This document shows, one piece after another, positions 23,301 through 36,981 of a DNA stretch of 64,000 nt. Made by a program: the position numbers and the translations under genes. Every line of letters begins with the position of its first letter. The stretch's first letter is position 1. Below the pieces are notes generated by a model. It was not told the origin of the DNA. It searched no databases and saw only the letters and a list, made by a program, of their open reading frames with translations. The stretch comes from Schmidtea polychroa (lineage: Eukaryota), in NCBI GenBank assembly GCA_044892525.1, contig CM097885.1:68014001-68078000 (forward strand), read 5' to 3'.

Positions 23301-26300
23301 TTTCCCGGATAAATTCTCGATCACTTTTCAATTGTTCCCATTCCATATCAATATCTGTTAGAATATCAGCGTCGTTTATTATTTCCTGGACTCGTTTTTC
23401 CGTCAAATGCCGACTCAGTTGATCGATATCATCAATATCAAATCGGAAATTCTTTTCGAAACTTAAATTATTAATTTTATATGTCGGTAACACTTGAAAC
23501 TCAACAAAACCCCCATCGAGACCGTCTTCACCGTAACGCAATTGAATCAATTGATCGATTTGATTTCTCACAGTTCCGTCATATTTCACCATCACCGACT
23601 CCATGGCTTTCATTAATCGCCGTTGAATGTACCCGGTTTCCGCGGTTTTGACGGCCGTGTCAATGATACCTTCTCTACCACCCATAGCGTGAAAGAAGAA
23701 CTCTGTCGGTGTCAGTCCAGCTAGATATGAGTTCTCAACAAAACCTCTGGACTCAGGACCATAATCGCATGTGATAAAATGTGGCAACGTTCGTTGTTTG
23801 AATCCGAACGGGATTCGTTTTCCTTCAACGTTCTGCTGTCCTACACAGGCTATTACTTGAGAAATATTGATTTTTGAGCCTTTAGCACCCGAAACGACCA
23901 TCAAATTGAAACTGTTATATTTGGAAAGCGATTTTTGTGCCGAGCTACCGGTTTTATCACGAGCTTCATTGAGAATCATATTGACTTTTTCTTCAAATGT
24001 CTGCTTTAAAGATCGACCAGGAGTGGAACTCAATTCATCACTGTGAGCTTTGGTGATTGTATCAAAAACGTCATCTTTGGCTTTGTTGATATTATATTTG
24101 ATTTCTTCGCGAGTTGCGGCATTATATAATGTATCGACAATACCGATTGTATGCCCTTCAATAAGCAGCCAATTGTTGACTACAGTTTGAATGTTATTGA
24201 AGAAATTTCCAATATCATCAGCGGACTGTTCCAGGGCTATTATATGCATCAATGAACCGGAACTGCTACCGAGAGTTTTTTTACACAGGATTCCCATTAT
24301 CAACTGGCTGTTTTCAATGAGAACTCGGGTGTCGGCATGTGATATCCATTTATAAGGCCCGGAATCCTCTGATTCCGGATGTGTACTGTGGGTTCGATTA
24401 CAGTTCACTTTTCCGGGAATTATAAGAGAGAACAATTGTTTTCCAGTCCATAAGCGTTGAGGTTTAGCAATAGCTGGTTTTGGCATTATACCATTCCAAG
24501 AAGGCAGGAACATCAATAAGTGCATCATTTCGGAAGCATTCAGAAAGGTATCACGACTAGTCATTTTATTACACGCGGTTAGAGAATCTTGAACGATGCT
24601 CATAACTGGTCGATTGCTTTGAGGAGTAATAACAAGCTTATTCACTCGAGCCAGATTGGCGATTTCGGCTTTCGCTTCCTGTGATTGGGGCATGTGTAAA
24701 TTCATTTCATCTCCATCGAAATCGGCATTGTAAGGTCCGGTGACAGAAAGATTTAAACGAAATGTCGAAAACGGTAACACTTTGACACGATGACCCATCA
24801 TAGACATTTTATGGAGAGTGGGTTGTCGATTGAAGACAACGAAATCATCATTGAGCATATGACGCTCAACGATTTCTCCGTACGATAATTGAATGTCTGA
24901 ACTATCCGGTCGACGCTTAAGATCGATTCGATCACCGTTCTCCCTAATCACGAACTTTGCGCCGGGATACATTGTCCCGTTTCTAACGAGTTGTTGGAGG
25001 AATTTTTTGTTAAATGGCGTTACACGTTCGGGAAACGTTAGATTTTGTGCAATTGCTCTAGGAACTCCTACTTGGTCGAGATTCAGATTGGGATCAGCAG
25101 TAATAACTGTTCTGGCTGTGTAATCAGTTCGTTTACCCATGAGATTAGATCGGACTCTTCCGTGTTTTCCTTTCAGTCGTTGTTTTAAAGATTTAAGTGG
25201 TCTCCCGGACTTTTGAATGGCTACCGGAAGAAATGTACTTTCGTTATCCATTAAAGTGGCCACGTGGTACTGTAGACTGTTTTCCTTTTCCAATATGATC
25301 GTTGAAGCAACTCCATTTTCTTCAGCTTGTCTAATTTCATTATTAACTTTGACAATTTCTGTGAGTTTGTGTGTTAAATCATCGTGAGCCTTTCCGCTGT
25401 GGTTCATAACAATAGCCGGCCTAACGGCCATAGGGGGAACAGCAAGTACCGTTAAAATCATGGATTCCGGTCGAGAATATTTATAATTAAATCCCAATAT
25501 TAAACATTCTTCATTGGATATTCTTTTAAACACTTCCACGACTTGATGAGCATATAACGGTTGTTTCCCTTTACCATCGTCGGAATCTTTTGTTTCCATT
25601 GAATATTCCAATCCATTTCTTCGGAATTTCGGTTGCACAAAATTACAACCCTGTCGGATAATTGTATTGAGACCCTTTTCACCTTCTTCACTTTCGTCAC
25701 TTAGAACATTACAGGCTTTGATTTTTTTACATTCTTCGTGAATTAGATCAAAACGTTTTCTGTATGAACCTTCGGTTTTCTTTATAATATCTCGAATTTT
25801 AGGATCATGAATGTTGACGAGTAGTTTGGAACATTTGAAACAAACTGATCTGAGAATTTTTATTATTTTTTCTTTATAACCGATATTGTAGACAGGTCGT
25901 GCAAGATTTATGTGCCCAAAATGACCGGGACATTCAGATACATTTCCGGAACATGTTTGACACATTGAATACTTATCCATTGGACCCTGTCTTGGATCCA
26001 TTAGACCGTTTTTCTTAGGTTTACCATCTTGAGTCTTTTCCGGATAAATTATTCCACATGCATCACTAACTGAAAGACTCCTCTGAAAAAAAAACAGCAA
26101 TTTAATTAGAATAAAATCTAAGAACAAGAAGTTAAAATAGGCTAAAGCTGATTGTAGAATCGTTTGAACTATATTTCAAGCGAAGTCGGTTTATTAGTTT
26201 CACAAGAAGAGTTAAGACTTGGTTCAAGAAGGAAATAGCATAATTGAAAATATTAAGATATTAACGAAAAATTGAATATATTTTAAGAAAATGTGCTGAT

Positions 26301-26482
26301 GATAAAATTGAAGTGAAAACGTATATTTATATGAATATCAATTAATAAATTTTGTTTAATATTTAACGAAATATTTAATAATAAAATATAAAATCACTAA
26401 CTAATTCAGCTTCACTCAAAATACCGAATTGGACGTTTTTTACTTCTCTTAATGGAACAGTAGCTAACTCTATATTTGCCAT
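20389..26482 (-). CDS. RPB1: DNA-directed RNA polymerase II largest subunit (1924 aa, 2 exons)
   Basis: Exon 1 26482-26402 ([27 protein letters not shown]), 319-nt GT-AG intron, exon 2 26082-20389. Contains CPGHFGH, catalytic NADFDGD, bridge helix [17 protein letters not shown], trigger loop [12 protein letters not shown] and a heptad CTD. Confidence 0.99.
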
Positions 26483-29400
26483 GAATAAAATGTTGAGTAA
26501 AATGTACAGAAATATTAAAACAAATATTATTATATTAATTCGGTTCAGGGAAATTACTATATTTATATATAATAAAATAGTAATGAAATTTTAATTAAAT
26601 TATAAATTTAGATTGAATGAAGCCACGTTAAGTTTATTTAATTAAATTAAGTTGATTTTAATTTAGCCTAATTAGATTTAATTACATTAATCTGTTGACA
26701 TGTGTTTGTAAAAACATCAATTTAAACACTTGAAAAAGGCTGTCTCGAAAGACTGTGCTAAATTAAATTATTTTATAACCATTTTTAACAAGTTGAGTGA
26801 TTAAATAAATGTATCCAAATTGAGCCTGGATGCAAATCAGTTTCAAGAATTTAGCTTAATTAAAGATTTATGTATATCTTGAACCATTAAATTACAAGAC
26901 AGCATATAATTTTGGAGTACTTGAGTAAAATAAATTTATAGTAGTATAAAAAATAAAATGAAATGTAAGGGAAAGTATTAAAGGAAACAACCAATAAAAT
27001 GGCAAACATTGGAAAAAAGTTTAAGTCTTTGTCTATATAGATCATCAATTTAGAAGAAGCACGAAGATATTAACATTTCATAGAAAGTCACAATTTCAAA
27101 AATTACGTTAATCAGATCTTTAAATTCATTAAGTGAAACCGAATTATCAAGAGTAGGATGATTTCAGTTGGATAAAAATGATTAGACGACTGAGAATTAA
27201 AATAACATGATTGGGAAGATTTATATTTTGACATAGACAAAATCATTCTATTAAGCATATATATCACATGAATAAATTTCCAATTACATACGGCATATTT
27301 TCAAGATTTGGATCAAATTTTTTTAGATTTCCACGTCACAAATCTAGTTACAACAGGAACATATTACAAAGCTGTTCTTTCTCAGTCTGTTATATTTAAT
27401 CGAAAAAAAATCATACGTTTATTGGATTTTTCAATATTATTCTAATTTCTTAGGGAAATTGAATTAAAGACTTGCTATTTTTTAATTAAATTTTTATCAA
27501 AATATCTTGATGCAAATCATTTGATTCGTGGAAAATTGATTGTATAAATCGTCGCATTCGTTCGATTTAGCTCCTTTAACTTACACCTATTTTAAAATCT
27601 CGGCTTATAACAAAATTAGTTAGTTTATCCGGATTCGTATGGAATTCAATTTGGAAATTTATATTAATTATTGTTAACTTTAAAATAAATTAATTTAAAA
27701 CAATTGAGCATTGTTTGACTTATTTACACTGAACCAAATTTAACATAACCTAAATTAAATTTGATATTAAAAATGTTCATCGTTTGTTAACAGCAAAAAA
27801 TCTTAATACAAAATATTATCAGTCTGTAAGCTTTTGCTACCAATTTTAATTAAAAAAAATATTACGCTTTGATTACTTATAATTATTTCCTTTTGATAAA
27901 AACTTTCAATACAAATACTATTTTAAAAAATTTCATCCTAATTGATTTAAAAAAATGTATGAAAAAATGTATATAAGGATTTGTATGAACAAATTTTCCT
28001 ACATTTATCAAATATTATAAAAAATAAGTCAAAACTTTAACAAATAAAAAATTAATTTTACTTATATTTTCTATTAAAATGATATAACTTTCCGTTTGAG
28101 CATTAAAATTAAAACAAATCAACCTTAATATCAGTTTTCAATGCATTTTTTGTTCAGACAAAATGACCGAAATATTTTAAATTATAGTATTTAAATTATA
28201 ATTAAAATGATTAAAGTGCAAATGCACTGAATGAAATAAGACTTCCATTTTAAGGAAAATTTAATTTAACTTAAACTGTCATTGGAAAATGATTTTTTAA
28301 TTTTAGTCCTTCACTTATATGTGTTTCTGATACTTAAGGTACCACTGGTCCTCGTCACATGCAAAAACGAAGTAATTCATTACAAATTGATTTCGGCCTA
28401 TAAAAAATAAAGTATTTCTATCAATTAGTAATGTAAGTCAAAAATAAGATTTTTTTCCAAAAAAAAACGTCGCGGTCATAAGAAATATATGGAGTGTAAA
28501 AAATCAAGTGACCAAAATGAAGAATGTTCAAATTTGGCAAATTATTAAAAGATTCATTCAAAAAAACTATCAGAAATCATTAGAAAATAAAATAAACTTA
28601 ACCTTGAATATCTATTTGAAAATTAAACCTTTTTGCTACGTAGCACACGAAAATTTAATTATATTTATATCTATGTATAAATAAGATTTTATAGTGATAT
28701 AATATATTTTGATTTTAAAAGTACTTGGAATATAAAAAAAACATCTGAGAAAGTACATAAAAAAATTATATTTTACAAAAAAAAATGTTAATAAAAAAAT
28801 ATTTGTTAAAAAACGAATATGAAAAGATTAACGCTGTTATTCAATGTGTATACCTTGTCTATTTGATTTCTTTTATGAACAATATCGTTTAATGAAATTA
28901 TTCCTCTTTGTGAATGGTGGAACGCCCTAACATTGCGAATTAGTCAACTGTTGGTGTGTAATACGTAGCACAACATACAGGATAATGTATATAGGACAAG
29001 ATTAAGGAATCGCGCTAAAATTTGAGTCTGGTCGTTAGATCTTGATACTATACACTAAGATCCGCCTTACTGAAGTTCAGTGAGCAAAGCATAAATGTTA
29101 AACACGGCTCCACATTATCAGCAAATATCACATCTTTTCATTTCAATGCAATGATTATTCAAAGGCTTACGATGGGGTCATTTGACCTAAGCAACTATTA
29201 CTAAGTGACAATTCAGTATACATACAATAGTCAAATAATTTAACATAATATTAAATGTAGAAACTCTCAGGTGATCACAAAGCATCTTTCCTCAAGACGT
29301 CATTAATAAACCTAGATCGGCATTGGAAAACTGTACGATAAATGGGCCTTATATTCGTAATAAGTTTCATATAGTTGTCATTTAAGATTTTTCATGTAAT

Positions 29401-29508
29401 AGGAAATCAGGTTGTGCAGTGTGTTGAGATTTACAACGAATTTGTTTATAATTTCAGGACTTATGAGTAAGCACAAAGGACCTCAACCGATCAAGGTAGT
29501 GTCACAGT

Positions 29509-29900
29509 CAACGTTCCCTCTAAGCTGCGCGCGCGCAGCACCTCTAACTCCCCAGCGCAGCAAAATTATTTTCAGCGCAGTATATTTAATTCAACCGTTT
29601 CATGGCAGTTGTTCCTAGTAAAAAGCACACTATTTTTTATTTTATTTTCACCTTCCAATTAACATATTTATTATAAAACATTACGAATTTTTGATACTCA
29701 ATATTATTATGTGGTTCATTTTGAATATTTAAAAATTTTCAATGTTAATAACCAGATGCATAATAACGGTATATTTCTGTAGTGTCGTTTTAAAACTCTT
29801 ACAACCACGTTATAGCATTTTGACGCTCATTTGTATTTAAAGGCTGCTCAGCGCAGCTGACTTTGCGCGCACTGCTGCTTATGGCTTAGAGGGAACATTG
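29509..29900. mobile_element. hAT-type MITE (392 bp)
   Basis: TIRs CAACGTTCCCTCTAAG / CTTAGAGGGAACATTG; perfect 8-bp TSD GTCACAGT; GCGC-rich subterminal motifs. Confidence 0.92.
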
Positions 29901-32556
29901 GTCACAGTAACCAAGATCTCAACAATCAATGAGACCAGGCCGGTGCGCCAAACTAATGTATCCCGGGTCAATGTGAACTATGAATGACCAAACAAATCCT
30001 TTGTATTAATCTGTAAATTGCTGTCGTTTAGATTTACTTGTTTTTGTGTTCAATTTAAGGAATATAACTTGGTGATTAATTAGGACTAAGTATGAGAATG
30101 GGAATGATGTGATATTATATAAATAAATTTGTGACTGTTCATATCAAATAAAGATGTATAACAATGAAAATAGGGGGAAATACGACTCGAAGGGTCAGTG
30201 GATAATGTAGCAAATTACAGTTTTCATTTTTTTTATTTCTCATCAAATTTAATCAGTCCTTTATTTTTGTTAAATATAACTATTATTAATTACAGTGGAA
30301 TAACTTAAAGGTTTCCATGTCGATTTAAGCGTGTCGACCAAACAATTGGACGAGTACCGCCTCGACTCGATCAACTAAAACTATGCTGTAGGTAGATGGA
30401 AGCCACCAGGATTTCCCCTGAAACTACGAGGAAACAAAAGATGCTAACATCGTAACTACAATACCAGGCGATACAAGGTCAACTGAAAATGCGAGCGCTT
30501 GAAGGTATGATCCGACAGTCTATAGAATTCAAATGTCACTACTGTGATGATAAAAATATATTGTTGACTTAACCGAAATTATGAATTCGTTAAAATGTAA
30601 ATTAATGCAGTGACCTAAAATAAGGACCTTCTAACTGTAGTCATCATTATTCTAAATCACATTTGTTAAATAAGCAACGTTACTGTTGTGAAAACCAACT
30701 GTTATTGAAACAATACATAAAAGTAATAAAGATGACTGTTTCTGTAAAGGATTATTAAATGTTATCATAATAAATATAATAATATTGATATTATTTACAA
30801 GATATTTCATAAATTATAAATAATTATGTAATATCAAATACGTGTTGTTTATTTTTCATGTTATTGTATTAAAAAATGAACTCGTCGTTAATTTTGTCAA
30901 GTAATAATATTATTTCCAGCATAATATTAACATACTAATTCTATACATGCATTCGATATGATTGTCAGAACTTTCTCAGTCAGAAATGAGTGAATTTTGA
31001 TTGAATAATTAAAATTGCATCTATATACCATATACTATACTATTAAAACATGATAATTTTTGCAGTTATTCACTTTATCCCATTAAAAATAAGAATGATA
31101 AATTTATCGCGAAAAATATATGCAAATATAGGTGATCAGATAATTCAGATTCAAATATTAAATTCTGTAGAGAACTAACCCACAGTTGATTGATACTATT
31201 TATTACATAACAAAAGCTTTATTAAAAATATTATTAAAAAATCCGTAATATAAATATAATTATAAAAATAACTTACATTTTGAAGCTATATTATCCATTA
31301 ATACAGACATTTTTCATATATTTATCAGAACATGCTTCAACATCTTCAACCGACAATACCTTAAACACTTTCTTTTAAAATCCATTAAACGACTTGTCGC
31401 AACTTTTACATAAAATGAAGTCATCAAATTTATAACAAATTTCTTGTAAGAAATCTTAATAGTTTAAGTATAAATTTAAGTTTCAAAAACAACTTTTAAA
31501 ATCATAGCTGAAATATTTTAAAGACTTAAAACAAAGTCTTTGTTTCATTACAATTGAAATTATCTATTAATGTTGGTAAATATTAAAAATAATAAAAATT
31601 AACTATTTTATCTATATCATCTGTCGTCAAAAGTACAGGAAAATGAATTTTTGTAACACATTGTTACTCAAACTGAAAAAAGCTGTATATTACCAATTAT
31701 TTTCCAAATGAATTATGGAAATCTTAACCATGACATACTTGTTTTTTGAAAGAAACTGCATTAATATAATTGCTGGATTGGAATCGATAATAACCAGCCA
31801 GCCATCAATAAAGGTAGTGTTGGGATTCAGCAGGTATTCCCGTACTGGTTCTTATTAAGATTCAAAGCTTGGTTTTACCTACCGTTGCGAAGAGAAGGTC
31901 GGATCCTGACGGATGAGCTACAATCTCAAAGCGGTCATAGCATATTGGGGTTAGTTTTTAATATACATAGGTAGCTTCTGTGTTCCCCCGAGGGATCATC
32001 AGACATCACAACACTAGTGACCGAAGATTTGAGCACTATTATGCAGTGCTTCACGGGAATATCAAAGATATAACCGCTCAATGATTTGATATTGGCGAGT
32101 TATCAAACCATTTACATGTGTATTATGTGTCAGTTGGTTTTTTATGCCACTGACTACATGTTTTCTTGTTGTTTTAAGTCTACCTTAAAAGACCCATTTC
32201 TGATCCCGGGTCCGTTAAGGTACTTGCACTAATAAGCACTTTGTGCCACTAGGTACAATTTATGCTTATTTTGTTTATTTATTAATTATAACCCTGTCCA
32301 CTCGTTCCCACCCTATCTCACGTGTNNNNNNNNNNNNNNNNNNNNNNNNNNNNNNNNNNNNNNNNNNNNNNNNNNNNNNNNNNNNNNNNNNNNNNNNNNN
32401 NNNNNNNNNNNNNNNNNNNNNNNNNNNNNNNNNNNNNNNNNNNNNNNNNNNNNNNNNNNNNNNNNNNNNNNNNNNNNNNNNNNNNNNNNNNNNNNNNNNN
32501 NNNNNNNNNNNNNNNNNNNNNNNNNNNNNNNNNNNNNNNNNNNNNNNNNNNNNNNA

Positions 32557-32976
32557 ATAATTCAAAATATTCGTTTATTTGATCTCCCCAAATTTGACAA
32601 TTTGAAAATGAAAAACTTTTGTACATTTTCTAGTATTATCCAAGATTTCGAAAATCTTAAAGAATCAGAGCCGTTATGCAAGTATTCAATGCACATTCCA
32701 CTGTCTAATATCACAATGAAAGATAAGTCTACAAATTCACAAAGTAAAGATAAAAGTAATGGATCTATGTTTGTCCCTATTGAAGTGCAAAGAATTGCTC
32801 ATGAATCTGAAAGATACGCTTTGGATTTAATGAAAGAAGGATTACGAAATAAAGAAAGGCACGTGTATATGAAACCTGATTTGTCTCCGGACATAAATGT
32901 AACTAGGGGTGTTTTTGAAATAATAACAGTTGTGTTGGATTATGTTTTCAAGGTTGTTAATAAAGAAATTCTTCTG
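32557..32976 (+). CDS. Stop-free 140-codon frame spanning an entire inter-gap island; unknown protein fragment
   Basis: IIQNIRLFDLPKFDNLKMKNF...VVNKEILL is open from gap to gap, which is unlikely by chance in this AT-rich DNA. No family recognised. Confidence 0.5.
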
Positions 32977-33844
32977 NNNNNNNNNNNNNNNNNNNNNNNN
33001 NNNNNNNNNNNNNNNNNNNNNNNNNNNNNNNNNNNNNNNNNNNNNNNNNNNNNNNNNNNNNNNNNNNNNNNNNNNNNNNNNNNNNNNNNNNNNNNNNNNN
33101 NNNNNNNNNNNNNNNNNNNNNNNNNNNNNNNNNNNNNNNNNNNNNNNNNNNNNNNNNNNNNNNNNNNNNNNNNNNNNNNNNNNNNNNNNNNNNNNNNNNN
33201 NNNNNNNNNNNNNNNNNNNNNNNNNNNNNNNNNNNNNNNNNNNNNNNNNNNNNNNNNNNNNNNNNNNNNNNNNNNNNNNNNNNNNNNNNNNNNNNNNNNN
33301 NNNNNNNNNNNNNNNNNNNNNNNNNNNNNNNNNNNNNNNNNNNNNNNNNNATAATAATAATTATAGTAATAATACAAAGTTCTAGTAAGTGCCAACGGAT
33401 TTTTCATTTTAAAAATTAATAAAAATTTGAAAGCGTACCGTTTCTAAAGGAAATTGAATCCCATCACTGAATGATTGGGGGAAATGATTATGATTTTTCT
33501 TCTGGAACTCGGTAAAACAAGAGTGGAAAGAGAGATGCTGAAAAATCAGAAGAGAACAGAAGAAAATCAATAAAATTCAGACAATTAAATAAAAGAAGGA
33601 CATTTTTAATTAATAATTACAAGTGCAAAAGAAGCAGAACAGAAAGCAAAACAAAATTTGGATTGGCTTGTTATCTCGATGGCCTACTGGAGATAGATAG
33701 GAAAAAAGGCACTGGAAAGCCGATAAACTGGACTGTAAAAAAATACATATATTTCGACAGCTGTCAGAGATTACAAAATGCCAATGGTAAAGTGAAAAAA
33801 AAGAATGAATTATCTGTAAGTAGCATCAGATGGAAAAGTATTAA

Positions 33845-34210
33845 AACCAAACACAAATTAACAGAAGAAAGAGAAAAATTTGGGACGAGAGAAAATTGCT
33901 ATGAGAAAACTTATGACTAAAAGAGAAAAAATTTATTGGAAAGAAATTCGTGAAAAAGTTGAGTTTACGAGGAGAGTAAAATAAAGTGTTGAGAATCAGG
34001 AAACAGTTGAAGGAAACTTACGTATTGAACCAAACACAAATTAACAGAAGAAAGAGAAAAATTTGGGACGAGAGAAAATTGCTATGAAAAAACTTATGAC
34101 TAAAAGAGAAAAAATTTATTGGAAAGAAATTCGTGAAAAAGTTGAGTTTACGAGGAGAGTAAAATAAAGGGTTGAGAATCAGGAAACAGTTGAAGGAAAC
34201 TTACGTATTG
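33845..34210. repeat. 183-bp tandem duplication within purine-rich LTR-like sequence
   Basis: Near-identical copies at 33845-34027 and 34028-34210. The region ends at AATAAA...TGGAGTCAGA...TTAACA (~34515), like the other LTR-like ends. Confidence 0.9.
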
Positions 34211-35833
34211 AATTAGTGAATCAAAAGTAGTTGAGAAACTCAAATCAAGTTAAAAGCAACCAGATCAATTTTACGAATTGCCCATTACCGGCAGCGGCCA
34301 AGCAGTCGTGTTCTTAGAGGATTGTTATTGTTGTCCTATTTTTCCAGGAGGGTTGTAATATGCATTTGAAATATTTTAGGTGTGTTGAAATTTTTTTATC
34401 GTTGAATTCGTTTATAATCAATTGTGAAAATTAATAAAGTTTTACGTCTTTGGTATTTGTCATTGTCATTATTAAGCATCACGCATGGAGTCAGATAAGT
34501 AATTGGTAGTTAACAATCACCGACCAACTACAATATACCCAACAGAATAAAGTAGAAACAAATGGACAAAATGAGACAGAAAAGTTGACAGAATAAATGA
34601 ACCTAGAGTTGATAAAATGATAAAATCGAAAAATAGCAATACGAAGAAAAATGATGGAATTTTTGATAAATTACCGAAGTTTATCAAGAATGTTGAAGTA
34701 CACATATAGCAACAGAGTGGGTATCAGATGATACCAAAAGGAAAGTTTGATTGTTTTAAAATGCTATATGTCTACAAAAACTAGAAATACACCATTTAAA
34801 AACTAGGAAGAAATCAAGAAATGGATAAACGAAACGTATGGAAAGAAGAAAATCGCAAGTCAAAGATTGAAAAAAGTAAGAGAATAAATAAAATGGTTTT
34901 AGGAGATTTCGGATTGGACTATTTGGAACAAAACAATTTTGAGCATATAAAATGAAATAAATTAATTGACTTTTAACCACTTAAATATTTTCATAGGTAA
35001 TTAGTATTGAAACAAAATCAAACTATGAAAACAATTTCTAAAATCTAACAATAATAAAAATAATTGATACAGGCAATGGTGATTTATGGAAATTTATTTA
35101 TTAATTTTTTATTTGTCCCGATAACAAAATTGTAAACAAGCAATGTGAAAATATATGAAAAATAAATAGAAACAAAAAATGGTCTTTAACACACGAACCC
35201 CTTGAACAAGATAACAAGTGAAAGCAGTCCTAGACGATGTGGTCACGAAAGGACAACTAATAAATGAATTGTATTATGAACTAAAACAAATCGAAACTAG
35301 GGACTTCGTTGTTTAAATTTGTTATAAGCTCGAAATTAAATATATCTGAAAATTATGTTTTAGCTTAAAGATTTTGATTTTTAGTTAATTATTGAATTAA
35401 TTATTCAGAAAGAAAAAAAGTATAATTTTGGGTGTATGAATCAATCGGTTTGGTTCGATTAACAATAATTAACAATTACATATAGTCACATATTTATATA
35501 ATCATTGTAATTTATAATTAATTATCATTCATTTATACAATATTGTAAAGAAATTTATAACAATAAAAGAATAATCTACAAATATAATTAAAAAAACAAT
35601 ATTTAATGAGTCAAGTATTTATATTTGCAAACTGAACTTTAATTAACATAGACTATTTGACGCTCTAAACAAACTTTTGTTTTAATCAATGTTTAAATTA
35701 TTACAGAATTAGTGTTTTAAAAGCTAAAATACAATCTATATTTGACAGAAACTCGACTTCTCATGATATTGAAATAAAATCATAAAACTATAGTAAAAAA
35801 AATTTCGACAACCAAATCTTTAAAAAAGAAACT

Positions 35834-36895
35834 TTAATGAGAATTTACATGATAACCATTAGATGTTACAGGTATGTATTTCATATTATCATATATTCCT
35901 GGATTGGATTTATTCTCCAGTGTCACGCTATGAGCTTGAGGACCCATTTTCTTTAACCATAAGAACTCCCATAGTACTTTACACCATGAAGTATGGTGTG
36001 GAAGATGCTCATAAAATTCTGGAGCGATTTCTCTGACACGATGAATTTTCGTGCACGGAATATACGGAAAATCATGATGCTCTACATGATATCCTAGATT
36101 GTACATGAGAAAATTAAGTGGACCATAATAAGAATGAGTGGCTTGATTATCAGCAAATAAAAAATGTTCACTAATGAAATGTCCAGATAAAGGATGGACT
36201 CCTAAACCCAAAATCACTCCGAAAACCATGTAAGCGAGTGATTTGATTCCAAGAAAATACAAAACAAAACCATCAAATAGAGCTTGAATAATAAAATTAA
36301 TAATTTCCCACTGTGTTGCAGGTTTTGGAGACTTGAAAAACGGTCTCAGAGCATGTAGAATCGGAAAGAAAAGCAACCAAATGAATTTGGTGATAAAATT
36401 TTTAAACAAATAAATCTCGATTTTCGCTGGTACGTCAACATCTTTGGTATCATGACCCAACCATCGATGATGATCTTGATGATATTTTTTGTATGATATT
36501 GCCATCGGAACACCCATTGGAAGGTTAGCAAAAATTGATAATAGACGATTAGCAGATCCATTTCTGTGCCCAAAAGCTAGATTGTGTCCAATTTCATGAA
36601 TTGCACTTCCAAGGGAATGATTGATAGTTCCACTAATTGCATAGGATAAAAATACCAAGTGTGAGAAGTTTACATCCAATATACTAATTAACCATATCAT
36701 GAAAAACTGAAACAACACTTCAATTAAAACATAGAGAGCAATTCTTGGATCATATCCCATTAATTGTTTAATTTCTGGATGCTTTTGAAGGATCAACTGT
36801 CGTCGAGAAACATGAGGTTCTTCGTCATACTCCCAAACTTCATCATGTAACTTTATTTTGAGTCGTAATGATACTGCTCTGAAAAAGGTTTTCAT
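35834..36895 (-). CDS. DEGS1: Sphingolipid delta(4)-desaturase/C4-hydroxylase (DES1/DEGS family), intronless, 353 aa
   Basis: Three His boxes HEIGH, HQDHH and HVEHH; EEPHVSRRQLILQKHPEIKQL N-terminal motif; NLAFGH; HPLSGHFISEH; SYYGPLN. Confidence 0.95.
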   Translation of the reverse strand: MKTFFRAVSLRLKIKLHDEVWEYDEEPHVSRRQLILQKHPEIKQLMGYDPRIALYVLIEVLFQFFMIWLISILDVNFSHLVFLSYAISGTINHSLGSAIHEIGHNLAFGHRNGSANRLLSIFANLPMGVPMAISYKKYHQDHHRWLGHDTKDVDVPAKIEIYLFKNFITKFIWLLFFPILHALRPFFKSPKPATQWEIINFIIQALFDGFVLYFLGIKSLAYMVFGVILGLGVHPLSGHFISEHFLFADNQATHSYYGPLNFLMYNLGYHVEHHDFPYIPCTKIHRVREIAPEFYEHLPHHTSWCKVLWEFLWLKKMGPQAHSVTLENKSNPGIYDNMKYIPVTSNGYHVNSH

Positions 36896-36911
36896 ACCTT
36901 AAAAAATGATG

Positions 36912-36914
<3 letters not shown>

Positions 36915-36980
<66 letters not shown>
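36915..36980. repeat. (TAA)22 microsatellite
   Basis: Perfect trinucleotide run between the DEGS start codon and the PLE copy. Confidence 0.97.

Positions 36981-36981
<1 letters not shown>

Noticed and set aside
20364-25700. Many short ORFs overlapping RPB1 (e.g. GEYPGLV and IIHQALR repeats)
   Set aside because: They are antisense or alternative-frame shadows of the RPB1 CDS and CTD repeats.
26290-26320. CTGATGA...GAAA in the RPB1 intron
   Set aside because: There is no stem II pairing; a chance match in AT-rich DNA.
31981-32002. A functional hammerhead on the minus strand
   Set aside because: GAAC replaces GAAA, and there is no stem I, stem III or UH site.
36879-36897. 19-nt GT...AG segment overlapping the DEGS start codon
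   Set aside because: It is far shorter than the 40-53-nt introns seen here, and removing it deletes the only nearby ATG.
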